60,561 bases of DNA from an uncultured virus (IMG/VR IMGVR_UViG_3300043449_002525). Lineage: Duplodnaviria; Heunggongvirae; Uroviricota; Caudoviricetes. Below, in pieces: positions 45,701 to 53,482 of the stretch. Positions within the stretch are counted from its first letter, which is position 1. Every line of letters begins with the position of its first letter. The translations under genes and the position numbers were made by a program. The stretch lies in IMG/VR virus record IMGVR_UViG_3300043449_002525. One strand, written 5' to 3'. The notes beneath the pieces were generated by a model. That model searched no databases and was not told where the DNA came from. It saw only the letters and a list, made by a program, of their open reading frames with translations.

Positions 45701-45749
45701 TACTTTCTTAGCATAGCACGTATGATGCTAACATGAAGGAAGGTATCTC

Positions 45750-46328
45750 ATGGCTAAGAAGAGTAGAGTGCAGGCTGCACCGGAGGTGTCAGCAGGCGTA
45801 GTCATCTTACGTAACGATGATAAGAAGGGTTGGTGCTTCTTGGCATTGAAGGTGTACGGCAGATTTGATGTCTGCAAGGGGCACGTTGACATGCAGGATG
45901 CAGATGTTGACAGCCCAGCAGGATCGATTGGTCAGATCATGAACACAGCTGTTCGTGAAGCACGTGAGGAGTGTGGTTATACACTCGCTTTTGATCCAGG
46001 GGCACCGCTATCGTCAGATGAGCGCATTGCTAGAATGTCCTGGGGAAATGAGCACTATGTCTGCAGGAACTTCAACAAGGACGGATCTCCAAAGAAGGAC
46101 GTCTTCCTTTTTGCTGCCGAGACACAGTGCTCCAACTTTAAGATCGGTGTCAATGACAAGGGAATTCGTGAGCACGACGACGGCGTCTGGGTTCCCATCA
46201 GTGACATCGATCGCGTTCCACTGCACAACTACTTGAAGCCCGGTGTCAGGTGGGCGGTGGAGACGATGCAGATTGGCCTAAAATCGCAAGCTTTGCTAGA
46301 GCGTCTGCAGGAGCTCTCGGAGGATTAA
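45750..46328 (+). CDS. Nudix hydrolase
   Basis: SAGVV, KGHVD...AVREAREECG (Nudix box with insertion), EH..W. Confidence 0.8.
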   Translation: MAKKSRVQAAPEVSAGVVILRNDDKKGWCFLALKVYGRFDVCKGHVDMQDADVDSPAGSIGQIMNTAVREAREECGYTLAFDPGAPLSSDERIARMSWGNEHYVCRNFNKDGSPKKDVFLFAAETQCSNFKIGVNDKGIREHDDGVWVPISDIDRVPLHNYLKPGVRWAVETMQIGLKSQALLERLQELSED

Positions 46329-47099
46329 TTGGCCCGTGGCAAGTACAGATCCCTGGTCAGACGTGTGTCCAGGGACATCATGCACACTATCCTTGACAAT
46401 GCAGATACGAGACGGTTTAAGACAACTCTGCCGGCACCAGGTTACTACTACCTTTGGGATGCTCGGTGTTACAACAGCACCCGCGTTAAGACAGCAGTCG
46501 GTTTCGACGTCTCGCTGAAAGTAGTGAGAACACGCGGACGTCGCTATGATGTCTTCGCATCTGTCCACTCGGATGACAACGGTAACAGTCACATCGAAGT
46601 TGCAATCCACCACGATCCCACACGGAAGGCGCATCTATCTGATCTCTATCCAGAGTTGTGTGGGAGCATCAGGCATGAGCTGGAGCACATAGCTGACGAG
46701 GGCGGGCTCGCGGGTCGGGCGCCTAAGCAGAGAGCGTTCGTTCCCCACACGCCGAGCAGCGGTAAGATCGTCCACACGATCAACAAGCGGGCCAAGTTGT
46801 TCAGCTGCGACTATAGATCTCTGGATGAGTGGGGTCGTGAGGAAGCAGATCGGCTTGCGAGGTCGATCAATGGAGATCTATTCAGCTATCTGACATGCTA
46901 TGAAGAGGTGGGCCCAATCACGCAGGGCATCTTCTACGAGGCGAAGAAGCGTCGCTGCACTGTCGATGAAGTGCTCATCCGCTACCTCGACCGACTGCAG
47001 GCTGCTGACATGATCTCAGACGATGAGTATGACGCAGCGTACGACCACCTGATCGCATGGACAAAGTTGACCTTGCCGGCCGCGCTCACACTCGATTGA
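46329..47099 (+). CDS. Hypothetical protein with HExxH zinc-metallopeptidase motif
   Basis: IRHELEH plus downstream YL...EE. Confidence 0.6.
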   Translation: MARGKYRSLVRRVSRDIMHTILDNADTRRFKTTLPAPGYYYLWDARCYNSTRVKTAVGFDVSLKVVRTRGRRYDVFASVHSDDNGNSHIEVAIHHDPTRKAHLSDLYPELCGSIRHELEHIADEGGLAGRAPKQRAFVPHTPSSGKIVHTINKRAKLFSCDYRSLDEWGREEADRLARSINGDLFSYLTCYEEVGPITQGIFYEAKKRRCTVDEVLIRYLDRLQAADMISDDEYDAAYDHLIAWTKLTLPAALTLD

Positions 47100-47123
47100 C
47101 CTACTTATAGACAGGAGGTGTGC

Positions 47124-47408
47124 ATGCTTTTTAGTTCAGTCAAGATGCGGCAATTTGTCTTTGGTGTCCTGTGTGACACGCTGAACCACCAGCTTGACAC
47201 GCACGCTTCTGCTTGCGTGGCATCATGATGCAAGTGCAGCATGGAAAAGAGCACACTACAGGAGCGTCAATCGCTCTGGGCGTCTGTCTTCGCTGAGAAC
47301 GTACTGATCAGCTACGCGACCTACATCTTCTGCTGCGACTTTGTCACCACACGTCGAGTCACACGCGGTGACTATGAAAAGCTCGGCGATCTAAGCATCG
47401 ATGAGTGA
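47124..47408 (+). other. 94-codon reading frame interrupted by one in-frame TGA (47226-47228): recoded gene, pseudogene or two mini-ORFs
   Basis: Strong SD CAGGAGGTG; frame reads ...HASACVAS*CKCSMEK... and stays open to 47408. Confidence 0.45.
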
Positions 47409-47440
47409 CCCGTGCACCGCAGTGCAGGTCATGTTATAAT
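47409..47440 (+). promoter_or_regulatory. CCCGTG-type promoter
   Basis: CCCGTGCAC-17bp-TATAAT with TG extension. Confidence 0.65.
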
Positions 47441-47455
47441 GTATTTGAGGTGACG

Positions 47456-47686
47456 ATGAGCTGGAAGCATGAAGGTAGTTTCGCAAGTGGTATCACGATC
47501 TGGACGCTCGAGGAGCAGACGGACAAGTACAGCGAGGTGTCGATCCACACGTTTGGCGGCAATGAGGGATACACGCTGACACTCGGAATGCACCAGGCGT
47601 CCCGCTTCAAGACGCTGGAGGATGCGCAAGCTTGCGCATCCGCGATCCTCAATGCTCAACCCAAGACGAGAAAGAAGAATGGCTGA
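47456..47686 (+). CDS. Hypothetical protein
   Basis: SD GAGGTG before ATG 47456. Confidence 0.65.
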   Translation: MSWKHEGSFASGITIWTLEEQTDKYSEVSIHTFGGNEGYTLTLGMHQASRFKTLEDAQACASAILNAQPKTRKKNG

Positions 47687-48206
47687 GACATGGCTCACAT
47701 CTGACCTGCACCTGTTCCACAGGAACATCATCGTCTACTGCGGGCGCCCACATGCTAACGAGTACGAGATGAACGACGACATCGTCCGTGCATGGAACAG
47801 TGTGGTCGCTGATGATGATCGCGTGATCATGGTCGGTGATCTATCAGCAGGTGTGATGGGACGCTACGACGAGCTACGTGCCCTGATCAGTCAACTCCGC
47901 GGTCGCAAGACGCTGATCCGCGGCAACCACGACCACCAGACAGACGCGTGGTATAAGTCAGCAGGTTTTGCTGAGGTGCACGATTGGCTCATCATTGGTG
48001 ACAAGCTGTTCATCCACAAGCCCGCGACGAGTATGAGCCCTGACGTGATCAGCCTCATCGAGCAAGTGCGCCCACAGCTGGTCGTGCACGGTCACATCCA
48101 TGACGACCGGCCCAACATCCCGGGCCACTTCAACGTCGCCTGGGATCGTCACAAGCGCCTCATCAAGATGTCAGAGATTGATACACTGGGTGCACACGTT
48201 GTATAG
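47679..48206 (+). CDS. Calcineurin-like metallophosphoesterase
   Basis: SDLH, GD, GNHD, HGHIH. Confidence 0.88.
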   Translation: MAETWLTSDLHLFHRNIIVYCGRPHANEYEMNDDIVRAWNSVVADDDRVIMVGDLSAGVMGRYDELRALISQLRGRKTLIRGNHDHQTDAWYKSAGFAEVHDWLIIGDKLFIHKPATSMSPDVISLIEQVRPQLVVHGHIHDDRPNIPGHFNVAWDRHKRLIKMSEIDTLGAHVV

Positions 48207-48212
48207 TTTGTT

Positions 48213-48443
48213 GTGACAGGGAAGAAGAAGAGCACAGGTCGACGACGACTTGCTGTGGGAGATCTTGTTGAACACATCAATAAGCAGCATCCAGATCATG
48301 GTAAGATCGGCATGGTTACCCGAGTCACTGACCAGACACAGATGATGAGAATAGCTTTTGTGATGGTTGAGGGCACAGAGCGTGTCTGGTTCATGGGTGA
48401 CTTTGTGAAATTAAAGGGAGTCGAAGATGATGAAGCCGTCTGA
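48213..48443 (+). CDS. Small SH3/KOW-like protein
   Basis: LAVGDLVEH...GKIGMV; leaderless promoter TTGATA-18-TATAGT (48178-48207). Confidence 0.6.
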   Translation: MTGKKKSTGRRRLAVGDLVEHINKQHPDHGKIGMVTRVTDQTQMMRIAFVMVEGTERVWFMGDFVKLKGVEDDEAV

Positions 48444-48945
48444 GATGGAAGAGAAGTTCTTTGAGTTCACTACACCACGTCTTGTCCTGGCGATCAAAGA
48501 TCACGGCTATGCGCCTCGTTTCACATTCAAATCAGGTCGAGAGTGGCACCGGATCCTGCACCAGACAGGCGGTATAGGGTGTCACCATGCACGGATGTGG
48601 TGCACTTTCTTGACACCCAAGCCCAACGTCATTCCAGTACTCAGTGAGATCAATGAAACCTGGCTTGACTCAAATGCAGGTGTCTTAAACGTTCGTCTCG
48701 ACGAGGTGATCAAGTATCGCACCCTAATCAATGAGAAGTTGGGCGCTGACTGCAATGTGAGCTACCCTGACTTTGAAGAAGCGATCTATCCGCTTGACTG
48801 CACCGTGGAGACGATCCGCGCACTGTGTGAGGATGATCTACCTGACGACCTTAACGATCTACTACACTTTGATAATAATTTCAGCATCGTGTTAGGATTA
48901 GCTAATCGATGGAACTTGTACATTCTTGGAGAGAATTGTGACTAA
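48430..48945 (+). CDS. Hypothetical protein
   Basis: HQTGGIGC motif; 14-nt overlap with the upstream gene. Confidence 0.7.
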   Translation: MKPSEMEEKFFEFTTPRLVLAIKDHGYAPRFTFKSGREWHRILHQTGGIGCHHARMWCTFLTPKPNVIPVLSEINETWLDSNAGVLNVRLDEVIKYRTLINEKLGADCNVSYPDFEEAIYPLDCTVETIRALCEDDLPDDLNDLLHFDNNFSIVLGLANRWNLYILGENCD

Positions 48946-49459
48946 GAGAATTGAAGATCAGCCTGCACCCACGGGTGATGGAACACCTGTCTGGGATCTT
49001 GTCGTCTCCGATATGAAGGAGAGAGATAACTTGGGTAGGCAACGCTATGGTACACCTCTCCGCACCTGGAACGGGCGGGATGCGCTGGTCGATGCCTACC
49101 AGGAGATCCTCGACCTTGCTGTCTACGTCCGACAGGAGATTGAGGAGCGGCGGTCGATCCAGCAGATCTGCGAGCACGTGGCTCTCATTCCAGGCGCTGA
49201 AGATTGCACATCCCAGAACGTCCTAGAGACGCTGGGAGAGATTGAAGAACGTGTCCACATGCTTGAAGCATCCAACAAGGATCTGCGGAAGCGCTTGACA
49301 GCACTGCAGAATGAGTCGTCCTACGACGCAGGATTTAGGCGTGGATGCCAGGCGACGCTGGAGCTAGTGGAGCGAGTGCAAGGAAAGCACGTCAGCAACG
49401 AGCTACTTGAGAGTGCGATGAACCTACGGAGCAACCACAGTGGACGCTCGGAAGGATGA
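48938..49459 (+). CDS. Phage protein, possible all-alpha NTP pyrophosphatase-like N-terminus
   Basis: R..LGRQRYGTPL..NGRDALVDAYQEILDLAVY; coiled-coil C-terminus. Confidence 0.55.
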   Translation: MTKRIEDQPAPTGDGTPVWDLVVSDMKERDNLGRQRYGTPLRTWNGRDALVDAYQEILDLAVYVRQEIEERRSIQQICEHVALIPGAEDCTSQNVLETLGEIEERVHMLEASNKDLRKRLTALQNESSYDAGFRRGCQATLELVERVQGKHVSNELLESAMNLRSNHSGRSEG

Positions 49460-49634
49460 GATCCGCGAGGGTGATCTTGTCCGCGTCTGGGAGACGCGAG
49501 AGGGTGTCGTTGTGGGCCGTTATGGCGACGGATACTACGAGGTTCTCGTAAAGCTGCCCCAGGGAAGGTCACTCGTTAGGGCATGTCGGGAGCAGGATCT
49601 CTCTCTTGTGCAGCATCCTGCTGTAAATGAGTGA
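49440..49634 (+). CDS. Small SH3/KOW-like protein
   Basis: IREGDLVRV...GVVV...YEVLV...DLSLV. Confidence 0.6.
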   Translation: MDARKDEIREGDLVRVWETREGVVVGRYGDGYYEVLVKLPQGRSLVRACREQDLSLVQHPAVNE

Positions 49635-49645
49635 TAGTTATCTGC

Positions 49646-50095
49646 ATGCTACGTAGATACATCATCAATGAGATTAGAAAGGTCATCCTCAGCGAGAAAG
49701 TGAAGGAAGACAAGAAGAGCGGTGACACCTGCCCACAAGCAACGCAGGACCCTGTCCTCAACACAAAGAACCGCAACAAGGCGATCAAGAAGCTAGGCTA
49801 CGGTCCTGCCAACCCTGCAAAGCCTGGTGACTTCTGGGAAGAGAAAGCAGAGATGTGGGAGGGTATTCCTGTCTCTACGGCGAAGAACATGCTGTGCGGG
49901 AACTGCGCTGCCTTCGACATCTCACCCAAGATGCTTAACTGCATCGAGAAGGGGCTTGAGAGCGGTGACACCAACGTGAAGGGTTGGGACACGATCAAGG
50001 CAGGCAAGCTTGGGTACTGCAAGATGCACCACTTCAAGTGTGCTGCCAAGAGGACGTGTGACACATGGGTCACGGGCGGCCCGATCAAGAAGTGA
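49646..50095 (+). CDS. Cys-rich phage protein with virion-type leader
   Basis: LRRYIINEIRKVILSE; CGNC...YC...C...CDTW; GATAGTTA at 49633, 5 nt before ATG. Confidence 0.7.
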   Translation: MLRRYIINEIRKVILSEKVKEDKKSGDTCPQATQDPVLNTKNRNKAIKKLGYGPANPAKPGDFWEEKAEMWEGIPVSTAKNMLCGNCAAFDISPKMLNCIEKGLESGDTNVKGWDTIKAGKLGYCKMHHFKCAAKRTCDTWVTGGPIKK

Positions 50096-50122
50096 CCTGA
50101 TACTTAGCGTCAGGAGGCACAC

Positions 50123-50824
50123 ATGCCAGTAAGCGACAGCCAGAAGAAAGTGATCGATTCAGTCCTGACGATCTTTGAGACAGGTAGATTACCTACACCC
50201 GGTGCATATGCAACATGCGCAATCTTGTCAGACGGAGCCGGTATTTCCTACGGTAAGCACCAGTCAACAGATAGGTCAGGAACCCTAGATAAGATCGTTG
50301 ACTTGTACATTGCGAAGGGTGGCAAGCAGGCTGACGAGCTCAAGCAGTTCGTGCCTAAACTTGCGCTGAACGAGACGGCGAAGCTGGATCCCAAGAACAT
50401 TCCATCCTGGGCGAAGTACCTGATGGGCGTGCTGAAGACAGCGGGTGCTGACCCCATCATGCAAGCAGCGCAGGATGAAGTGTTTGATGCCAACTACTGG
50501 GTGCCTGCGATGGGCCACGTCCAGCGGATCGGATTACAGACAGGGCTAGGTGCGCTCGTCGTCTACGACACCTGCATCCACAGCGGCAGCGGCGGTGTGG
50601 CAATCATCCGAGCCCGTTTCCCAGAAGCTGCTCCCTGCAACGGCGGCGATGAGAAGGCTTGGGTGTTGGCCTACATCAAGGCACGCAGAGAGTGGCTTGC
50701 AGCTAATAAGAACCCAATCGTCCAGAGGACGGTGTATCGCATGGATGCCTTCAACGAGATCGCACGGTCAGGCAACTGGGAGTTGGCGACACCTCTCACT
50801 GTCCGCGGCGTGAAGATCGTGTGA
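50123..50824 (+). CDS. Chitosanase/lysozyme-fold glycoside hydrolase, probable endolysin
   Basis: IFETG, DGAGISYG..Q, AQD...YW.PA, YDT.IHSG (GH46-like pattern); GATACTTA motif at 50099. Confidence 0.75.
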   Translation: MPVSDSQKKVIDSVLTIFETGRLPTPGAYATCAILSDGAGISYGKHQSTDRSGTLDKIVDLYIAKGGKQADELKQFVPKLALNETAKLDPKNIPSWAKYLMGVLKTAGADPIMQAAQDEVFDANYWVPAMGHVQRIGLQTGLGALVVYDTCIHSGSGGVAIIRARFPEAAPCNGGDEKAWVLAYIKARREWLAANKNPIVQRTVYRMDAFNEIARSGNWELATPLTVRGVKIV

Positions 50825-50848
50825 GATAGATATACTTGGGAGGCAGAC

Positions 50849-51034
50849 ATGGCACTATCACCAGACGAACTGATCGACATCGCACCCGAGGCGATCGATC
50901 TTGTAAAGGCAATCTCTGAGGCACTCAAGAAGGACGCGGACGGCAAGGTCCGCGTGACCCGCGAGGAAGCCCGTGAGATCCGCACCAAGGTGTTCAAGCT
51001 CGCAGTCGAAGTCGCACAGCACGCTATCGACTAA
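50849..51034 (+). CDS. Small hypothetical protein
   Basis: SD GGGAGG; GATAGATA at 50825. Confidence 0.7.
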   Translation: MALSPDELIDIAPEAIDLVKAISEALKKDADGKVRVTREEAREIRTKVFKLAVEVAQHAID

Positions 51035-51056
51035 AGCACAATAACACGTGCGTCAC

Positions 51057-51094
51057 TGTCGCCACGATCTATAATGATCGTGGCGACACTTTTT
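51057..51094 (+). terminator. 13-bp perfect hairpin (terminator) whose loop is TATAAT (promoter -10)
   Basis: TGTCGCCACGATC-TATAAT-GATCGTGGCGACA-CTTTTT; GTGCGT 16 bp upstream of the loop. Confidence 0.75.
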
Positions 51095-51104
51095 AGGAGG
51101 CGTC

Positions 51105-51197
51105 ATGAGGTTCACGGTCGACACGACAATCAAGGTGGTGTTCATCCTCTTCTTCTACTTGCTCTTCTCGGCAATTCGCATCCAGCTAGGTTACTAG
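51105..51197 (+). CDS. 30-aa single-TM peptide, not in ORF track
   Basis: SD AGGAGG; MRFTVDTTIKVVFILFFYLLFSAIRIQLGY. Confidence 0.6.
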   Translation: MRFTVDTTIKVVFILFFYLLFSAIRIQLGY

Positions 51198-51215
51198 CAG
51201 AGCACACATGACTTA

Positions 51216-51443
51216 ATGCAGGCGATCAAGAACCGCTACACACCCGGTGATCTGTACGAAGTGATCGACCAGTTCGGATCTTCAAAGGGTCGCTGCATCT
51301 TCGTGGAGCTCATCGAGCCTGGCACACTCGATCTGGTTCAGGTCGTCCGACCGATGCACTGGCACTTTAAAGTTCTACACAAGAGCAAGATCGAGCTCTA
51401 CGACACGTCGCTGTGGTCGCTTATAGAAGTGTATAGCGACTAA
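51216..51443 (+). CDS. Small SH3/KOW-like protein
   Basis: YTPGDLYEV...KVL...LIEV. Confidence 0.6.
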   Translation: MQAIKNRYTPGDLYEVIDQFGSSKGRCIFVELIEPGTLDLVQVVRPMHWHFKVLHKSKIELYDTSLWSLIEVYSD

Positions 51444-51447
51444 TTTG

Positions 51448-52992
51448 TCACTGGTCCTCGAACCACGTGAGAGCGCAGGCGACGACGTCTGCCGCAGTGG
51501 CGTCTCCTGATTGCGCAGTCACCGTCAATGACTCTCCCACCGACAGGAAGAAGTTATCACCCTTCAGGTCAATGTTGATCGAATTTTGGAATGCAATAAC
51601 GTATGTCGCTACCAGTGTGTTCTGGTTCGAAGTGAAACCTGTTGCACCTGTATCGTAAGCCGCTGCGGATTGCACCTCATTCACATAAGTCCAGTTGACT
51701 GGTCCACTCAGCCGCAGGTTCTTGTAGACCTTGATCGTCATGTACTTGGACCCGGCTGATGAGCTGTCCACGACGCTGACTGACAGCGTGCTGAGGTCTA
51801 TCTCAGAGTATCCGGCGTCATTGTTGAAAACTCTGTTAGACCTGACAGATAGTATCGGAAGCTCAGACGCGTTACTTACGATGGTCTTCACCCCGGCAGC
51901 CGAGAATGCGGGACCGATGTTCCTGGCAACCTCGCCCTCACAGAAGATAGCTCCCGATGTCCCGGTCATGTGGGTCCCTATCGTCGACCCCGCATTTGCC
52001 ACCGCCCATATCCCGGAGACATGTGGGTCCTTGAGAACAGGCGTGAGGCGAGCATTCGCGTTCTCAATCATGTGGCATGCCTGGAACTGCCCGGTCTGCG
52101 GGTCCTCGATCGCGAATCGCGCGTTGCCGAATCCGAGGTACTGGAATCCGATCTGGTAGACATTGCCTTTTGCTGTATTGAGGGAGAACCGGCTCGGCCC
52201 ATTACCGTCCATCGTGTCGATGTTCCACGCAGACTGTGTGACGAAGGTCGCGTTTGCAACCGCACCTGCTTTGAACTGCGTGAATGATGTCACACCGAGC
52301 CCTGTGCCCGCCGCGCTGTAGGCCCCCGATCTCGATCCCGTTCGAAGGGCGATGAAGTAGATTATACCATCATACGCCTCCGCGACCCATCCGCCACCGA
52401 CGTTTGACCAGTCCTGCTGTGAGATCTCCCACGACGTCTGGTTGGTGTTTGAACCACCTGAGATCGTGTAGGCCTTCGCTTGACCGTTCAGCGTGATTGT
52501 GACGCTTGTTCCGTTCGCTACTCCTGTCGACAGAACGAGCTTCCACACCTCCCTTTGACCGTCAGGGAAGTGATGGATCCCAAAGCTCGTCCCCTGGTAC
52601 CCAAAGTGATAACCGCACTCGACGTTACCGAACCCCAGCAGCTGGTAGGTGTCCGCGACCGGAGGGCCGAAGATTGCCGTCCCCCTGAAGAGAGAGCCCT
52701 GTCCTGCACGATAGGAGAGGCCTCTCCTCATCTGGACCGAGGCTGACCCCGTGGTCGCAGTTCCTGACTTGACAAAGGCGTTCCCGCCGGAGGCTGTCAC
52801 TGTGGCTCCGTCACCGATCGAGCGGCTCAGGAATGTGGTGGGGTTCAGCCCTTTGACAAATGTAGCCTGGGATGCTGGAGTGAGCTGGGCGACGAGAGAC
52901 TCACCGAACTGCGAGGTCTGCGAGGCGTTCGCGGTGTTAGTTCCGCCTGCTCCTTGACCGCCATTCTTAGCGATAGATGCAAATCCCGACAT
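51448..52992 (-). CDS. Probable virion structural protein (beta-rich, lectin-like); only minus-strand gene
   Basis: Gly/Ser/Thr-rich; FGE, YRAGQG, WNIDTMDG, IGFQYLGFG, W.E C-terminus; SD GGAG. Confidence 0.7.
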   Translation of the reverse strand: MSGFASIAKNGGQGAGGTNTANASQTSQFGESLVAQLTPASQATFVKGLNPTTFLSRSIGDGATVTASGGNAFVKSGTATTGSASVQMRRGLSYRAGQGSLFRGTAIFGPPVADTYQLLGFGNVECGYHFGYQGTSFGIHHFPDGQREVWKLVLSTGVANGTSVTITLNGQAKAYTISGGSNTNQTSWEISQQDWSNVGGGWVAEAYDGIIYFIALRTGSRSGAYSAAGTGLGVTSFTQFKAGAVANATFVTQSAWNIDTMDGNGPSRFSLNTAKGNVYQIGFQYLGFGNARFAIEDPQTGQFQACHMIENANARLTPVLKDPHVSGIWAVANAGSTIGTHMTGTSGAIFCEGEVARNIGPAFSAAGVKTIVSNASELPILSVRSNRVFNNDAGYSEIDLSTLSVSVVDSSSAGSKYMTIKVYKNLRLSGPVNWTYVNEVQSAAAYDTGATGFTSNQNTLVATYVIAFQNSINIDLKGDNFFLSVGESLTVTAQSGDATAADVVACALTWFEDQ

Positions 52993-53035
52993 AAACAAAC
53001 TCCATTTATAAGATAAGTATATCTAAGAGGTACGA
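52993..53035. promoter_or_regulatory. Divergent late-type promoter region
   Basis: GATAAGTA (+, 53012-53019) overlapping TATACTTA (-, 53021-53014). Confidence 0.5.
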
Positions 53036-53434
53036 ATGGGTCTCAGTTATCCTATTATCAACGAAGGCTATGTGCCCGCATACCAAGCGTCAGCAGTACC
53101 CTACATTACCTCCTCGCTGATCTCTGTTGGTCAGGTGCACACTATCACATTCCCACAGGTCACACGCTTTTTTAACGTCCAGAATGTGGGTACAGTGACG
53201 ACAGATGAGGTTGCAGTTGCAGTGACACAAAACGGTCTATCTTCGACGGCAGGCAACTACTTCACGCTAAGTCAGGGTGTCTCATTCAGAGACGAGCTTC
53301 GAACCGTCAAGCTCTTCATCTCGTGTTCATCGGGCACAGATGTTCGATACCAGGTCATTGCAGGCCTGACGAACATTCCCTACAGTCAGTTCCTTCTCAT
53401 AACAGGCTCAAATGGTCACTCAGGGGTTGGCTAA
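53036..53434 (+). CDS. Probable virion structural protein
   Basis: VPAYQASAVPYITSS, FPQVTR, AGLTNI, TGS..SGVG; beta-rich. Confidence 0.65.
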   Translation: MGLSYPIINEGYVPAYQASAVPYITSSLISVGQVHTITFPQVTRFFNVQNVGTVTTDEVAVAVTQNGLSSTAGNYFTLSQGVSFRDELRTVKLFISCSSGTDVRYQVIAGLTNIPYSQFLLITGSNGHSGVG

Positions 53435-53437
53435 GCC

Positions 53438-53466
53438 TTGTAAATAAGGCGCTCCTAGCATATTAT
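53438..53466 (+). promoter_or_regulatory. Sigma70-type promoter
   Basis: TTGTAA-17bp-TATTAT; CTCCT (53452) complementary to SD AGGAG (53473). Confidence 0.65.
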
Positions 53467-53482
53467 TACGCCAGGAGATTAA

